Below, piece after piece: positions 46,274-58,400 of a stretch of 64,000 nt of DNA. The stretch covers positions 1 through 64,000 of the forward strand of contig NZ_JMCB01000026.1 in assembly GCF_000737315.1 (NCBI RefSeq). Direction: 5' to 3'. The first letter of the stretch is position 1. Every line of letters begins with the position of its first letter. This DNA is from Hyalangium minutum (GTDB lineage Bacteria; Myxococcota; Myxococcia; Myxococcales; Myxococcaceae). The position numbers and the translations under genes were made by a program. Below the pieces are notes generated by a model that saw only the letters and a program-made list of their open reading frames with translations, had not been told where the DNA came from and did not search any database.

Positions 46274-47584
46274 ATGCAGACGCCTGCCCCTCCTGGGGGG
46301 CTGTTCAAGAGCCCTGCAGGACCGCACGTGGTGCTCTCGGTGGTCTTCGTCGCGGTCTACCCCATGGACATCGTCATCCTGGGCCGCGCAGATCGGCACA
46401 CGCTGGTGCTCCGGTGCGTCTGGGCCGTCATCCACGCGGCCTATGCCTTCTGGGCCCACTGCGCCCCCGCGCGCTGGTATCGCCCGTGGAGCCTGCTCAA
46501 CAGCCTGGCCGACACCCTCTTCTTCCTGGGGCTCATTCACCTCACGGGCGGCGCCGCGAGCCCCTACTTCCCCCTGCTGGTCAGCACCCCCATCCTCCTG
46601 GCGCAGGTCTACCCCGTCCATCTGGTGGCCAACCTCCTGGTCGGAGCCGTGACAGGAGGGGGTGCCCTGCTCATGATGCAGGGCGCGGGCCGCTCTTGGA
46701 TCGACGCGCTCTTCTGGTGCTTCCTGTGCGTGGGCGCCGCGGTGCTTGGACTGTACGTGGCGCACCAGACCCGGCGAGTCATCGCGGCGGAGGAGCGCGC
46801 CAGCGTCGAGCAGGCCCGGCGCGAGGCCATCGAGCGGGTGGCGAGGCAGGAGTTCACCCGCGCCCGATCCGAGAAGCTGGCCACACTCGGGAGGCTGGCG
46901 GCCAACGTGCTGCACGAGCTCAACAACCCGCTGGCGTTCGTGCGCGTCAACCTCGACTTCCTCCGGCAGGAGCTGCGCGCCCTGCCTCCGGAAGACACCC
47001 AACCCCTGATGGAGGCGCTCGAGGACACTCACACCGGCGTCGAGCGCATCCGGCAGATCGCCGCGGACCTGAAGGGCTTCTCCCGCATGGACGAGGAGGG
47101 CCCTGACCGCTGCGCTCTGGCGGACGTCGTGCCGAGCACCCTGCGCATCGCCTCGCTGCGGCTCAAGCACGTGGAGCAGGTGCGGGTGGTTCTCCCCGAG
47201 AACCTGCCCGAGGTGTACGCCAGCCCTCAGCGCCTGGCCCAGGTGCTGCTCAACCTCCTGGTGAACGCGGGGGATGCGCTCGCGGAGCGGAAGGAGGGCG
47301 CCGAGGTGCTGCTCACCGCGAGGCACGAGCACGGCCACATCACCCTGCTGGTGGAGGACAACGGCCCGGGCATTCCCCCGCACGTCCTGCCCCGTCTCTT
47401 CGAGCCCTTCTTCACGACGAAGGGGCCGGAGCTGGGAACCGGCCTGGGCCTGGCCCTGTCTCGCGAGTTGATCGAGAAGTTCCACGGCTCGCTGACCGCG
47501 GAGAACCGGCCCGAGGGCGGCGCGTGCATGCGCCTGGTGCTCCAGGTCTGGTCCCCCGCCCCAGAACGCGCCCTCCCCGTCTGA
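46274..47584 (+). CDS. Membrane sensor histidine kinase (orphan)
   Basis: TM segments; LHELNNPL, QVLLNLLVNA, EDNGPGI, FEPFFTTK, GTGLGL. Confidence 0.92.
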   Translation: MQTPAPPGGLFKSPAGPHVVLSVVFVAVYPMDIVILGRADRHTLVLRCVWAVIHAAYAFWAHCAPARWYRPWSLLNSLADTLFFLGLIHLTGGAASPYFPLLVSTPILLAQVYPVHLVANLLVGAVTGGGALLMMQGAGRSWIDALFWCFLCVGAAVLGLYVAHQTRRVIAAEERASVEQARREAIERVARQEFTRARSEKLATLGRLAANVLHELNNPLAFVRVNLDFLRQELRALPPEDTQPLMEALEDTHTGVERIRQIAADLKGFSRMDEEGPDRCALADVVPSTLRIASLRLKHVEQVRVVLPENLPEVYASPQRLAQVLLNLLVNAGDALAERKEGAEVLLTARHEHGHITLLVEDNGPGIPPHVLPRLFEPFFTTKGPELGTGLGLALSRELIEKFHGSLTAENRPEGGACMRLVLQVWSPAPERALPV

Positions 47585-47853
47585 GTCACTTCGCACCTCC
47601 CGCGGAGTCCGACACGCCGGAAGTCAGGACGACACGTCAGCGGCGTGTCCCCGGCACGCCGGCTGCTCGCTCAGTCAGCCGACAGGCATGGGCTTTGCTG
47701 AACCGTCGCGGCCTAGCCCATGGGTTCTCGTTGTTGGCGGTCGTCATCTGGAGCTGCAGCGGGGCCGAGGGAGAGTCAGGCAGCTTCGTGAGATGGGTCC
47801 CATGCCCGCCGGGCCCACCACAGGCTCTTCGATGGCGACGGTACGGAAACGGC

Positions 47854-49086
47854 TCAGGGCATCTCGGTCTGGCCCTGGCGCCGCAGGAACGTGGGGATGT
47901 CGAACTGATCCTCGTCCATCGGCAGCGCGGCATCCTTCACCACCGTGGTGCGCGGAGGCTGCGTGATGGCCTTGTTCTCCGTGGAGGACATGGCGCGGGC
48001 GCCGGCCTTGGCGGGCACCAGGCTGGCCACCTCCTCGCGCGCCGCGGTGAGCACCGAGGGCGACGGGGTGCGGACCAGCGGCACCGGCGTGACAGGCACC
48101 GCCGCCACCACGCGCTGCGGCTGCCGGGCATCCCGGTGCACGAAGCCCGTGGCGATGATGGTGATCTTCACCTCGTCCTGGATCTCCTCGTCGATCAGCG
48201 AGCCGAAGATGATCTCCGCCTCGCTGTCTGCGGCGTCATGCACCAGCGTGAGGGCCTCGTTGACCTCCTGCAGGGTCATGTCGCGGCCGCCGGTGATGTT
48301 GATGAGCAGGCCCGTGGCGCCATCGATGGAGACATCCTCCAGCAGCGGGCTGGAGATGGCCTGCTGCATGGCGCTGAGCGCGCGGGTGGCGCCCGAGGCC
48401 CGGCCGGTGCCCATGAGCGCCAGGCCCTTGTCGCTCATGATGGTCTTCACATCCGCGAAGTCCACGTTGATGTAGCCGTGGTACTGGATGAGGTCCGAGA
48501 TGCCTTGCACGGCGTTGAGCAGCACCTCGTCGGCGCGCTTGAACGTCTCCAGCAGCGGCATGGGCTCGTTGCTCAGGGTGAGCAGGCGCTGGTTGGGGAT
48601 GGTGATGAGCGTGTCCACCGCGGCCTTCAGCTCCACCAGGCCCTGCTCGGCCTGCTTGCGGCGCTTGTTGCCCTCGAAGAGGAACGGCTTGGTCACCACA
48701 CCCACAGTGAGGCAGCCCAGGCTCTTGGCGATGTCCGCGATGATGGGCGCGGCGCCCGTGCCGGTGCCGCCACCCATACCGGCAGTGACAAACACCATGT
48801 CCGCGCCCTCGAGCACGGCGGCGATCTGATCCTTGGACTCCAGGGCGGCCTCGCGGCCCATCTCCGGGTTGGCACCGGCCCCCAGGCCCTTGGTCAACGT
48901 CTGTCCGAGCTGCAGCCGCGTCGGGGACTTGTTGGCCGCCAGGGCCTGGACGTCGGTGTTCGCGGCGATGAAGTCGACCCGTTCCAGCTTGGCCAGGATC
49001 ATCGTGTTGACCGCGTTGCACCCCGCCCCGCCCACGCCGACCACACGGATCTTCGCGGCCTGCTTGTTCTGCTCGAACTGGTCCAT
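47854..49086 (-). CDS. ftsZ: Cell division protein FtsZ
   Basis: [36 protein letters not shown]; C-terminal DIPTFLRR. Confidence 0.98.
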   Translation of the reverse strand: MDQFEQNKQAAKIRVVGVGGAGCNAVNTMILAKLERVDFIAANTDVQALAANKSPTRLQLGQTLTKGLGAGANPEMGREAALESKDQIAAVLEGADMVFVTAGMGGGTGTGAAPIIADIAKSLGCLTVGVVTKPFLFEGNKRRKQAEQGLVELKAAVDTLITIPNQRLLTLSNEPMPLLETFKRADEVLLNAVQGISDLIQYHGYINVDFADVKTIMSDKGLALMGTGRASGATRALSAMQQAISSPLLEDVSIDGATGLLINITGGRDMTLQEVNEALTLVHDAADSEAEIIFGSLIDEEIQDEVKITIIATGFVHRDARQPQRVVAAVPVTPVPLVRTPSPSVLTAAREEVASLVPAKAGARAMSSTENKAITQPPRTTVVKDAALPMDEDQFDIPTFLRRQGQTEMP

Positions 49087-49197
49087 GGTGATCCTTTCAG
49101 CGGAAGTCGCGCACCTTTTGATCGCGAGCCTCCCAGGTCACCCATCATCAGCAAGTCCGGATCTTTGGCAAGTATTCAGCTACCGGCCTGTAGCGCG

Positions 49198-49222
49198 CTG
49201 TCACATCACCGAGTGGTGACAG
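49198..49222. promoter_or_regulatory. Palindrome upstream of ftsZ (possible operator)
   Basis: CTGTCAC-N11-GTGACAG, about 110 nt upstream of the ftsZ ATG. Confidence 0.3.
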
Positions 49223-49428
49223 GCACTTACGCGGCGCACTGAACATCCGCACCGTATGCAATTCCGATCGCGGGTGGATCTTGACTCGCGATCAGGTCCG
49301 CGTCCCACGCGGCGGCCTGGCATGACCGCCCAGACGGTCGCGCTCCGGAGATCTACCCCGAAGCGCGGACCGTCGGACGGTCACAGGCGGGAGTCTGCAT
49401 CGGGGGTCTGACATGCCCCCCGGCAGGC

Positions 49429-52400
49429 TCAAGGCTGCTCGATCTCGATCACCTTGGGCTTCACCTTGACGATGGTGAAGTCGACGCGGCGGTTCTGCTC
49501 GCGGCCCTTGTTGGTCTTGTTGGAGGCAATGGGCTTGGCCTCGCCGTAGCCCACGGCCTCGAGCCGGCTGGCCTCGACGCCCTCCAGCACGAGCCGGTCC
49601 CGGACGGCTTCGGCGCGGTTGCGGGAGAGGACCAGGTTGGCGCCGTCCTCGCCCTTGTCATCGGTGTGGCCCTCCACGCGGACCAGCTCGATCTGCGGGT
49701 TGGCCTTGAGCACCTGAGACACCTGGCGCAGCAGGGGGAAGGACTTGGGGAGGATGGTGTTCTTGTTGTTGAGGAAGAAGATCTTATCGAGGATGACGAC
49801 CTTCTCGCCCGCCACGAGCACCTTCACCTTGCCCTTGTCCGGGCAGCCGTCCTCGTCCTTCACGCCGTTGATGGTCTCCGGCTCCGTGGGGCACTTGTCG
49901 TCCGCGTCCGCGACGCCGTCGTGGTCATTGTCCGGGTCCGGGCAGCCGTCCTCGTCCTGGAACCCGTCCTTGTCCTCGGCGGCCTGAGGGCAGCGATCCT
50001 TGTCGTCCGTGATTCCATCGCCATCCGTGTCGGCGGGAGGCAGCACGTCCGGGCAGCCATCCTCGTCCTGGAAGCCGTTGAGCGTCTCCGGCTCGTTGGG
50101 GCACTTGTCGGCCGTGTCCAGGATGCCGTCGTTGTCGTTGTCCGGGTCCGCGCAGCCGTCCTCGTCCTGGAAGCCATCCATGTCCTCGGGGCCGAGGGCG
50201 CAGACGGGCTTGGACGGGGGGATGACCTCTACCTTGGTCTTGATGTTGGGGTCAGCCACCACCTCGGGCGGGGGCACGGGCTTGGCCTCCACCTTCGGCG
50301 CGGGCTGCTCAGAGCGGGAGGTGGGAGCCACGTAGGCCAGGCCCGCGAACACGCGGATGCCCGGCGTGCCGTAGCCCTGCGAGAGGCCGGGGCCACCGCC
50401 CAGGTGCGCGGCGAGCGAGTCCGTGACGCGGTACTTCACCGTGGCCAACAGCTCCAGCGGCTTCTCCTCGCTGCCCTTCTGCCCCAGGCCCATCGCGCCC
50501 ACCAGGGTGGCGCCCACGGAGAGCCCGCGGCCGCTCACCTGGAAGGGAACCTCGCCGCCCAGGCCGTAGGTCAGCTCGTTGCCGACGACCAGCCCGCGCA
50601 GTTCCTGCTCGGAGCGGAGGTTCATGCCCACGTTGGCCAGCACGCGAATGCCCGTGCTGCTGTTCCACTCGCCGAGCAGCTTCGGGCGGACGGAGAAGCC
50701 GCCGCCGAGGAAGTTCTCGCCCCCCGTGGGCAGGTGCAGAGGCAGTGCCGCACCCAGGGAGAGCCCGCCTGCGGAGAACAGGTTCGCCTTCGGCACCAGG
50801 CGCAGGTCGCCCAGGCCCGTCTTGCCCGCGCCCTCGCTGAAGTCCGGCACGCCTTCAGGGGCGGACTCGGAGCTCTGCGAGGTGATGGGGATGGCCAGGC
50901 CCAGCTCGAAGCGATCGAGGAAGGCGATGGCTGCCATCACGTCCACCGTGAGCTGGCTCGACACCAGCTTGTAGACGACGGCGTCCTTGCGCGGATCCAG
51001 AACGGACAGCGGATCCGTGGCGTAGTTCACTGACAGGCCCGCGTTCCAGCCCAGGTGCTTGTTCACCTTCGGGCTGTGCAGGCCCAGCACGTCGTAGGCG
51101 CCCGGCCCCGGCTTGAACTGCTGCACGTCGATCTTCGTGGACGCGGTGCTGGAGGTTGTCTGCGCGTGCGCAGGAGCCGTCAGGAAGACGGCCAGCACGC
51201 CCAGCAGCCCCCAGGCCCCCGCGGCCGAGGCCTTCACCGCCGCCCGGCGACGCCGCAGCAGCGGCAGGCCGAGCAGCAGCAGCAGCGGCACGAAGCTGGT
51301 GCCCGTCGAGGCGCAACCGCCGCCCACGAACAGGAAGTCGTCGGTGTCATCGAGCGGGTTGGTTTTGCCCTCAACCTCCTCACCATCGGTCGCACCACCG
51401 CCGTCGGTGTCGGGGTTGCAAGGATCGGTCTCGTCCGCATCCCTGTGGCCGTCGTGGTTCTTATCCTCGTCGCCGTCCTTGAGGCCGTCGTCGTCGGAAT
51501 CCTCGTCGAGCGGAGAAGTACAGGTCCCATTCTCGATCTCGTCGGGGATGCCGTCGCCGTCGGTGTCGTTACCCTGGACGACCCGGACGGTCACCGTGGC
51601 GGTATCCGTGCCGCCATTGCCATCCGAGATCGTGTACTCGAAGGTCACGTCGCCCGTGAAACCCTCGGCCGGAGTGAACTGCACCGCCGAGCCATCCGTG
51701 GCCACCTTCACTGTGCCGCTCGGGGCCGACGAGGTCACCGCCGTCACCGTCAGCGTCTCGCCCGTATCCGGAGCGATCGAGTCGTTGGCCAGCACGTCCA
51801 GCCGGTTGCCCGTCGAGTTGAAGGGCACCGTGAACATGTCATCCAGGGCGACGGGATCATCGTTGACCGGGGTCACCGTGACAGTGACCGTGGCCGTGTC
51901 CGTGCCGCCGTTGCCATCATCGATCGTGTACGTGAACGTCACGTCGCCGTTGAAGTTAGGCGTCGGCGTGAAGGTCACCACGCCGTTGTCCAGCTTCACC
52001 GTGCCGCCCGAGGTCGGCTGCGTCACCGACGTCACCGTCAGCGTCTCGCCCGTGTCCGGCGCGAACGTGTCGTTGTCGAGCACGGCCAGCACGTTGTCCA
52101 CGCTGTCCTCGGCCACCGAGAACGTGTCGTCCGCCGCGTCCGGCGGGTTGTTGGGCGGCAGGCCCACGCGCACCCTCACCGAGGCCGTGTCCGTCCCGCC
52201 GTTGCCATCCGAGATGGTGTAGTCGAACGTCGTGATCCCGCTGAAGCCTGCGGCCGGCGTGAAGCTCACCACGCCGCCCGTCAGCGTCACCGTGCCGTTG
52301 GCCGGCTGGGTCACCGCCGTCACCGTCAGCGTCTCGCCCGTGTCCGGCGCGAACGTGTCGTTGGCCAGCACGTCCAGCACCGTGGCGCCACTGTCCGCGG

Positions 52401-55400
52401 CCACGTTGAAGACGTCATCCACCGCATCCGGGTTGTCGTTGACTGGCGTGACCGTGACCGCGACGGCGGCCGTGTCGTTGCCACCGTTGCCGTCCGAGAT
52501 GGAGTAGTCGAACGTCACCGTGCCGTTGAAGTTGGCCGTCGGCGTGAAGGTCACCACGCCGCCCGTCAGCGTCACCGTGCCGCCCGTGGCCGGCTGGGTC
52601 ACCGCCGTCACCGTCAGCGTCTCCCCCGCATCCGGGAACGCCGTGTCGTTGGCCAGCACGTCCAGCACGTTGTCCGTGCTGTCCTCGGCCACCGAGAACG
52701 TGTCGTTCACCGCATCCGGCGGGTTGTTGGGTGCCATGCCCACGCGCACCGCGACGGTGGCGGTGTCAGTGCCGCCATTGCCGTCCGAGAGGGTGTACGT
52801 GAACGTCGTGGTCCCCACGAAGCCCGCGGCCGGCGTGAAGCTCACCACTCCACCGGAGAGCGTCACCGTGCCGCTTGGGGCCGGCTGAGTCACCGCCGTC
52901 ACCGTCAGCGTCTCGCCCACGTCCGGCGCGAACGTGTCGTTGGCCAGCACATCCAGCACCGTGGCACCACTGTCTTGCGCCACGGAGAAGGAGTCGTTCA
53001 CCGCGTCGGGCGGATCATTGACCGGGGTCACCGTGACAGTGACCGTGGCCGTGTCCGTGCCGTTGTTGCCGTCATTCACCGTGTACGTGAACGTCGTGGT
53101 GCCGTTGAAGTTGGCCGTCGGCGTGAAGAGCACCGTGCCGGTGTTGGTCAGCGTCACCGAGCCACCGGTGGCCGGCTGAGTCACCGCCGTCACCGCGAGC
53201 GTCTCCCCCACATCCGGCGTGGTCGTGTCGTTGGCCAACACGTCCAGCGGGTTGTCCGTGCTGTCCTCGGCCACCGAGAACGTGTCGTTGCGAGCATCCG
53301 GCGGGTTGTTCGTCTCCGTGACGACGACCGTGACGGTGGCCGTGGCCGTACCGCCGTTGCCGTCCTCGATCGTGTACGAGAAGGACACCGTCCCGGCGAA
53401 GCCCGTCGTCGGCTGGAAGCGGACCAAGCCACCGCTCAGCGACACCGAGCCACCCGTGGCCGGCTGCGTCACCGCCGTCACCGTCAGCGTCTCGCCCACG
53501 TCCGGCTCCGTGCTGTCGTTGGCCAGCACATTGAGCACCGTGGCCGGGCTGTTGCGGCTCACCGTGAAGCTGTCGTCCCGGGCCGTGGGCGGGTTGTTCG
53601 AACCGGCCACCCTCACCGTGACGGTCGCCGTGTCCGTGCCGCCGTTGCCGTCCGAGATGGTGTACGTGAACGTCGTGGTCCCGTTGAAGCCCGCGGCCGG
53701 CGTGAAGCTCACCACGCCGCCCGTCAGCGTCACCGTACCGTTGGCCGGCTGAGTCACCGCCGTCACCGTCAGCGTCTCGCCCACGTCCGGCGCAATCCGG
53801 TCGTTGGCGAGCACATCCAGCACGCGGGGCGGGCTGTTCACCACCACCTCGAAGCTGTCATCCACCGCATCCGGGTTGTCGTTGACCGGCGTGACGGTGA
53901 CCGTGACCCGCGCGGAGTCCGTACCGTTGTTGCCATCCGAGAGGGTGTACGTGAACGTCGTGGTGCCGTTGAAGTTGGGCGCCGGCGTGAAGCTCACCAC
54001 GCCGCCCGTCAGCGTCACCGTGCCGTGGGCCGGCTGGGACACCGCCGTCACCGTCAGCGTCTCGCCCGTGTCCGGCGCGAACGTGTCGTTGGCCAGCACG
54101 TCGAACGTCGTGGCGCCGCTGTCCTCGTCCACCGTGAAGCTGTCCTCCACGGCATCCGGCGGGTTGTTCGTGCCGAACACCGACACGGTCACCGTGGCCG
54201 TGTCCGTGCCGCCGTTGCCATCCGAGAGGGTGTACGTGAACGTCGTGACGCCGCTGTAGCCAGGCGTCGGCGTGAAGCGCACCACCCCGTCGATCAGCGT
54301 CACCGAGCCGTTGGCCGACTGGGTGATCTGCGTGATGGTCAGCGTCTCGGGCGCATCCGGCAGGTACGTGTCGTTGAGCAGCACGTCCAGCGGCGTGTTC
54401 GAGCTGTCCACCGCCACCATGAAGCTGTCGTTGACGGCATCCGGCGGATCGTTCGCCGGGTCTACGGTCATCGTCACCGTCGCCGAGTCCGTGCCACCGT
54501 GGCCATCGGAGATCGTATACGTGAACGTCGTGGTGCCGAAGAAGTTGGGCGCCGGAGCGAAGCGCACGAGCCCCCCGCTGAGCGTCACCGTGCCGTTGGC
54601 CGGCTGAGTCACCGCCGTCACCGTCAGCGTCTCACCCGTGTCGGGCAACGCCGTGTCGTTGCCCAGCACGTTCACCACCGTGAGCGGATAGTCCTCGGTC
54701 GTCGAGAAGCTGTCGTCGTTCGCGGTGGGCGGATCGTTGACCGGCGTCACCGTCACCGTGACGACCGCCGTGTCGCTGGCAGTGCCGCCGTCGGAGAGCG
54801 TGTACGTGAACGTCACCGTGCCGTCGAAGTTGGACAGCGGCGTGAACCGCACCACTCCGCCCGACAGCGTCACCGTGCCGCTGGACGGCTGTGTCACCGC
54901 GGTGATGACCGGCGTGTCGCACTGGTCGTTGGCCGTCACGTTCAGCGCTGTGGAGCCGCTGTCCTCGGCCACCGTGAAGGTGTCATCCACGGCGTCGCAG
55001 TCGGGCACCGCCGTCACGGTCACGGTCACGATGGCCGTGTCCGTGCCGCCGTTGCCATCCGAGATGGCGTAGCTGAACGTCACCGTGCCGTTGTAGTTGG
55101 GCGCGGGCGTGAAGCTGACGTTGCTCGACGTGAACGTCACCGAGCCACCCGTGGCCGGCTGAGTCACCGCCGTGATGGTCAGCGTCTCGCCCGTGTCCGG
55201 AGCCGTCGTATCGTTGGCCAGCACGTCCAGCACCGTGGCGCCGCTGTCCTCGGCCACTGTGTAGTTGTCGTCGTTGGCCACCGGCGGGCGGTTCGCCCCG
55301 GAGACCGTCACCGTCACCGTGGCCGTGTCCGTGCCGCCGTTGCCGTCGGAGATCGTGTACGTGAACGTCGTGGTGCCCGAGAAGCCTGCGGCCGGAGTGA

Positions 55401-58400
55401 AGCTCACGCCCGTGGCCGTGAAGGTCACCGTGCCATTGGCCGGCTGAGTCACCGCGGTGATGGTCAGCGTCTCATTCGTGTCCGGCGCGATCGTGTCGTT
55501 GAACAGCACGTCCAGCACGCGGGCGGAGCTGTTCACCGCCACCGTGAAGTTGTCGTCGCGGGCATCCGGGTTGTCGTTCACCGGCGTCACCGTGACGGTC
55601 ACCGTGGCCGTGTCCGTGCCGCCGTTGCCGTCCGAGATCGTATACGTGAACGTCGTGGTGCCGTTGAAGTTGGGTGCCGGCGTGAAGCTGACGCTGGTGG
55701 TCGTGTTGGCCACCGCCGTGCCGCCCACCGCCGGCTGGGTCACCGCCGTCACCGTCAGCGTCTCGCCCGTGTCCGGCGCGAACGTGTCGTTGGCCAGCAC
55801 GTTGACCGTCGTGGCCAGGCTGTCCTCGGCCACCGTGAGCACGTCATCCACGGCATCCGGAGGATCGTTGACCGGCGTCACCGTCACCGTGACGGTGGCC
55901 GTATCCGTGCCGCCGTTGCCGTCGGACACCGTGTACGTGAACATCACCGTGCCATTGAAGTTGGGCGCCGGTGTGAAGCGAACCACGCCGCCCGACAACG
56001 TCACCGCGCCGCCCGTGGCCGGCTGGGTCACCGCCGTCACCGTCAGCGTCTCACCCGTGTCCGGGCCAAGCGTGTCGTTGGCCAGCACGCTCAGCACCGC
56101 GGGTAGGCTGTCCTCGGCCACCGAGAAGGTGTCGTCGTTGGCCTCGGGCGGATCGTTCACCGGCGTCACCGTCACCGTGACGGTCGCCGTGGCCGTACCG
56201 CCGTTGCCATCCGAGACGGTGTACGTGAACGAGACGGTGCCGTTGAAGTTGGCCGCAGGCGTGAACGTCACCCCGGTGGCCGTGAAGGTCACCGAGCCAC
56301 TGGCCGGCGGAGTCACCGCCGTCACCGACAGGGTCTCTCCGATGTCCGGCGCCGTGGTGTCGTTGGCCAGCACGTTGAAGGTCGAGGGACCGCTGTCCTC
56401 GGCCACCGTGTAGCTGTCGTCGTTGGCCACCGGCGGGCGGTTGTTGCTGCCCACCAGGACCGTCACCGTGGCCGTTGCCGTGCCGCCGTTGCCATCCGAG
56501 ATCCGGTACGTGAACGTCGTCACACCCACGAAGCCCGCAGACGGAGTGAAGGTGACGTTGGCTCCCGTAAAGCTCACCGTGCCGTTGGCCGGCTGAGTCA
56601 CCGCGATGATGGTCAGCGTCTCGCCCACGTCCGGCACGATCGTGTCGTTGGCCAGCACGTTGATCACCGTGGGGCCGCTGTCCGCGGGCACCTGGGAGGT
56701 GTCGTTGTTGGCCGTGGGGTTGTCGTTCACCGGCGTCACGTTCACCGTCACCGTGGCCGTGTCGTTGCCCCCGTTGCCGTCGTTGATGCTGTAGGTGAAC
56801 GAGGTGGTCCCGAAGAAGTTGGCCGCGGGCGTGAACGTCACCCCGGTGGCCGTGAAGGTCACCGAGCCGTTGGCCGGCTGCGTCACCGCCGTGATGGTCA
56901 GCGTCTCGTTGTCGTCCGGCAGCGACGAGTCGTTGAAGAGCACGTCCATCGCCGTGGCGCCGCTGTCCTCGGTCACCGTGAAGGTGTCGTCGCTGGCCGT
57001 CGGGTCGTCGTTCGACGGCGTCACCGTGACGGTGACCGTCGCAGAGTCCGTGCCGCCGTTGCCGTCCGAGATCCGGTACGTGAACGAGGTGGTGCCGTTG
57101 AAGTTCGCGTCCGGGGTGAAGTTCAGGGTCGCGCCCGAGAAGCTCACCGAGCCACCGGCCGGCTGCGTCGCCGAGCTGATGGTCAGCGTCTCACCCGTGT
57201 CTGGCGCGATCGTGTCGTTGGCCAGCACATTGAGCACCGTGGAGCCGCTGTCCTCGGCCACCGTGAAGCTGTCGTCGTTGGCGTCCGGCGGGTCGTTCAC
57301 CGGCGTCACCGTCACCAGCACTTGGGCCGTGTCCGTGGAGGTGCCGTCGGACACCGTGTACGAGAACGTCGTGGTGCCGTTGAAGTTGGCCGTCGGTGTG
57401 AACTCGACCACGTTGCCCGTGAGGGTCACCGTGCCGTTGGCCGGCTGCGTCACCGCCGTGATGGTCAGCGTCTCGCCCACATCCGGGGCCGTGGTGTCGT
57501 TGGCCAGCACGTCCAGGGTCGTGGCCACGATGTCCTCGGGCACCGTGAAGGTGTCGTCGCTGGCCGTGGGAGGATCGTTGACCGGCGTCACCGTCACCGT
57601 GACGGTCGCCGTATCCGTGGTGGTGCCGTCGGACACCGTGTACGAGAACGTCGAGGTCCCGTTGAAGCCCGGCGTCGGCGTGAAGCTCACCACGCCGCCC
57701 GCCAGCGTCACCGTGCCACCCACCACCGGCTGGGTCACCGCCGTCACCGAGAGCGTCTCGCCCGTGTCCGGCGCCGTGGTGTCGTTGGCCAGCACGTCGA
57801 GCGGAGTGGCCGGGCTGCTCTCAGCCACCACGAAGGTGTCGTCCACCGCGTCCGGAGGATCGTTGACCGGCGTCACCGTCACCGTGACGGTCGCCGTATC
57901 CGTGCCGCCGTTGCCGTCGGACACCGTGTACGTGAACGTCGTGGTGCCATTGAAGTTGGGCGCGGGCGTGAAGCTGACGTTGAACTGCGTCATCGTCACC
58001 GTGCCGCCCGTGGGCTGGGTGACGGCGGTGATGGTCAGCGTCTCGGTGGTCTCCGGCCCCGTCGAGTCGTTGGCCAGCACGTTGAACACCGTGGAGGCGC
58101 TGTCCTCGCCCACCGTGAAGCTGTCATCCACGGCATCCGGCGGATCGTTCACCGGCGTCACGTTCACCGTCACCGAGGCCGTGTCCGTGCCGCCCCGGCC
58201 GTCCGAGATGGTGTACGAGAACGTCACCACGCCGTTGAAGTTCGGGCCCGGCGTAAACGTCACGCCCGTGGCCGTGAAGGTCACCGTGCCGTTGGCCGGC
58301 TGGGTCACCGCTGTCACCGACAGGGTCTCGCCCACGTCCGGCGCGAACGTGTCGTTGGCCAGCACGTCCAACACCGTGGGACCGCTGTCCTCGTCCACCG

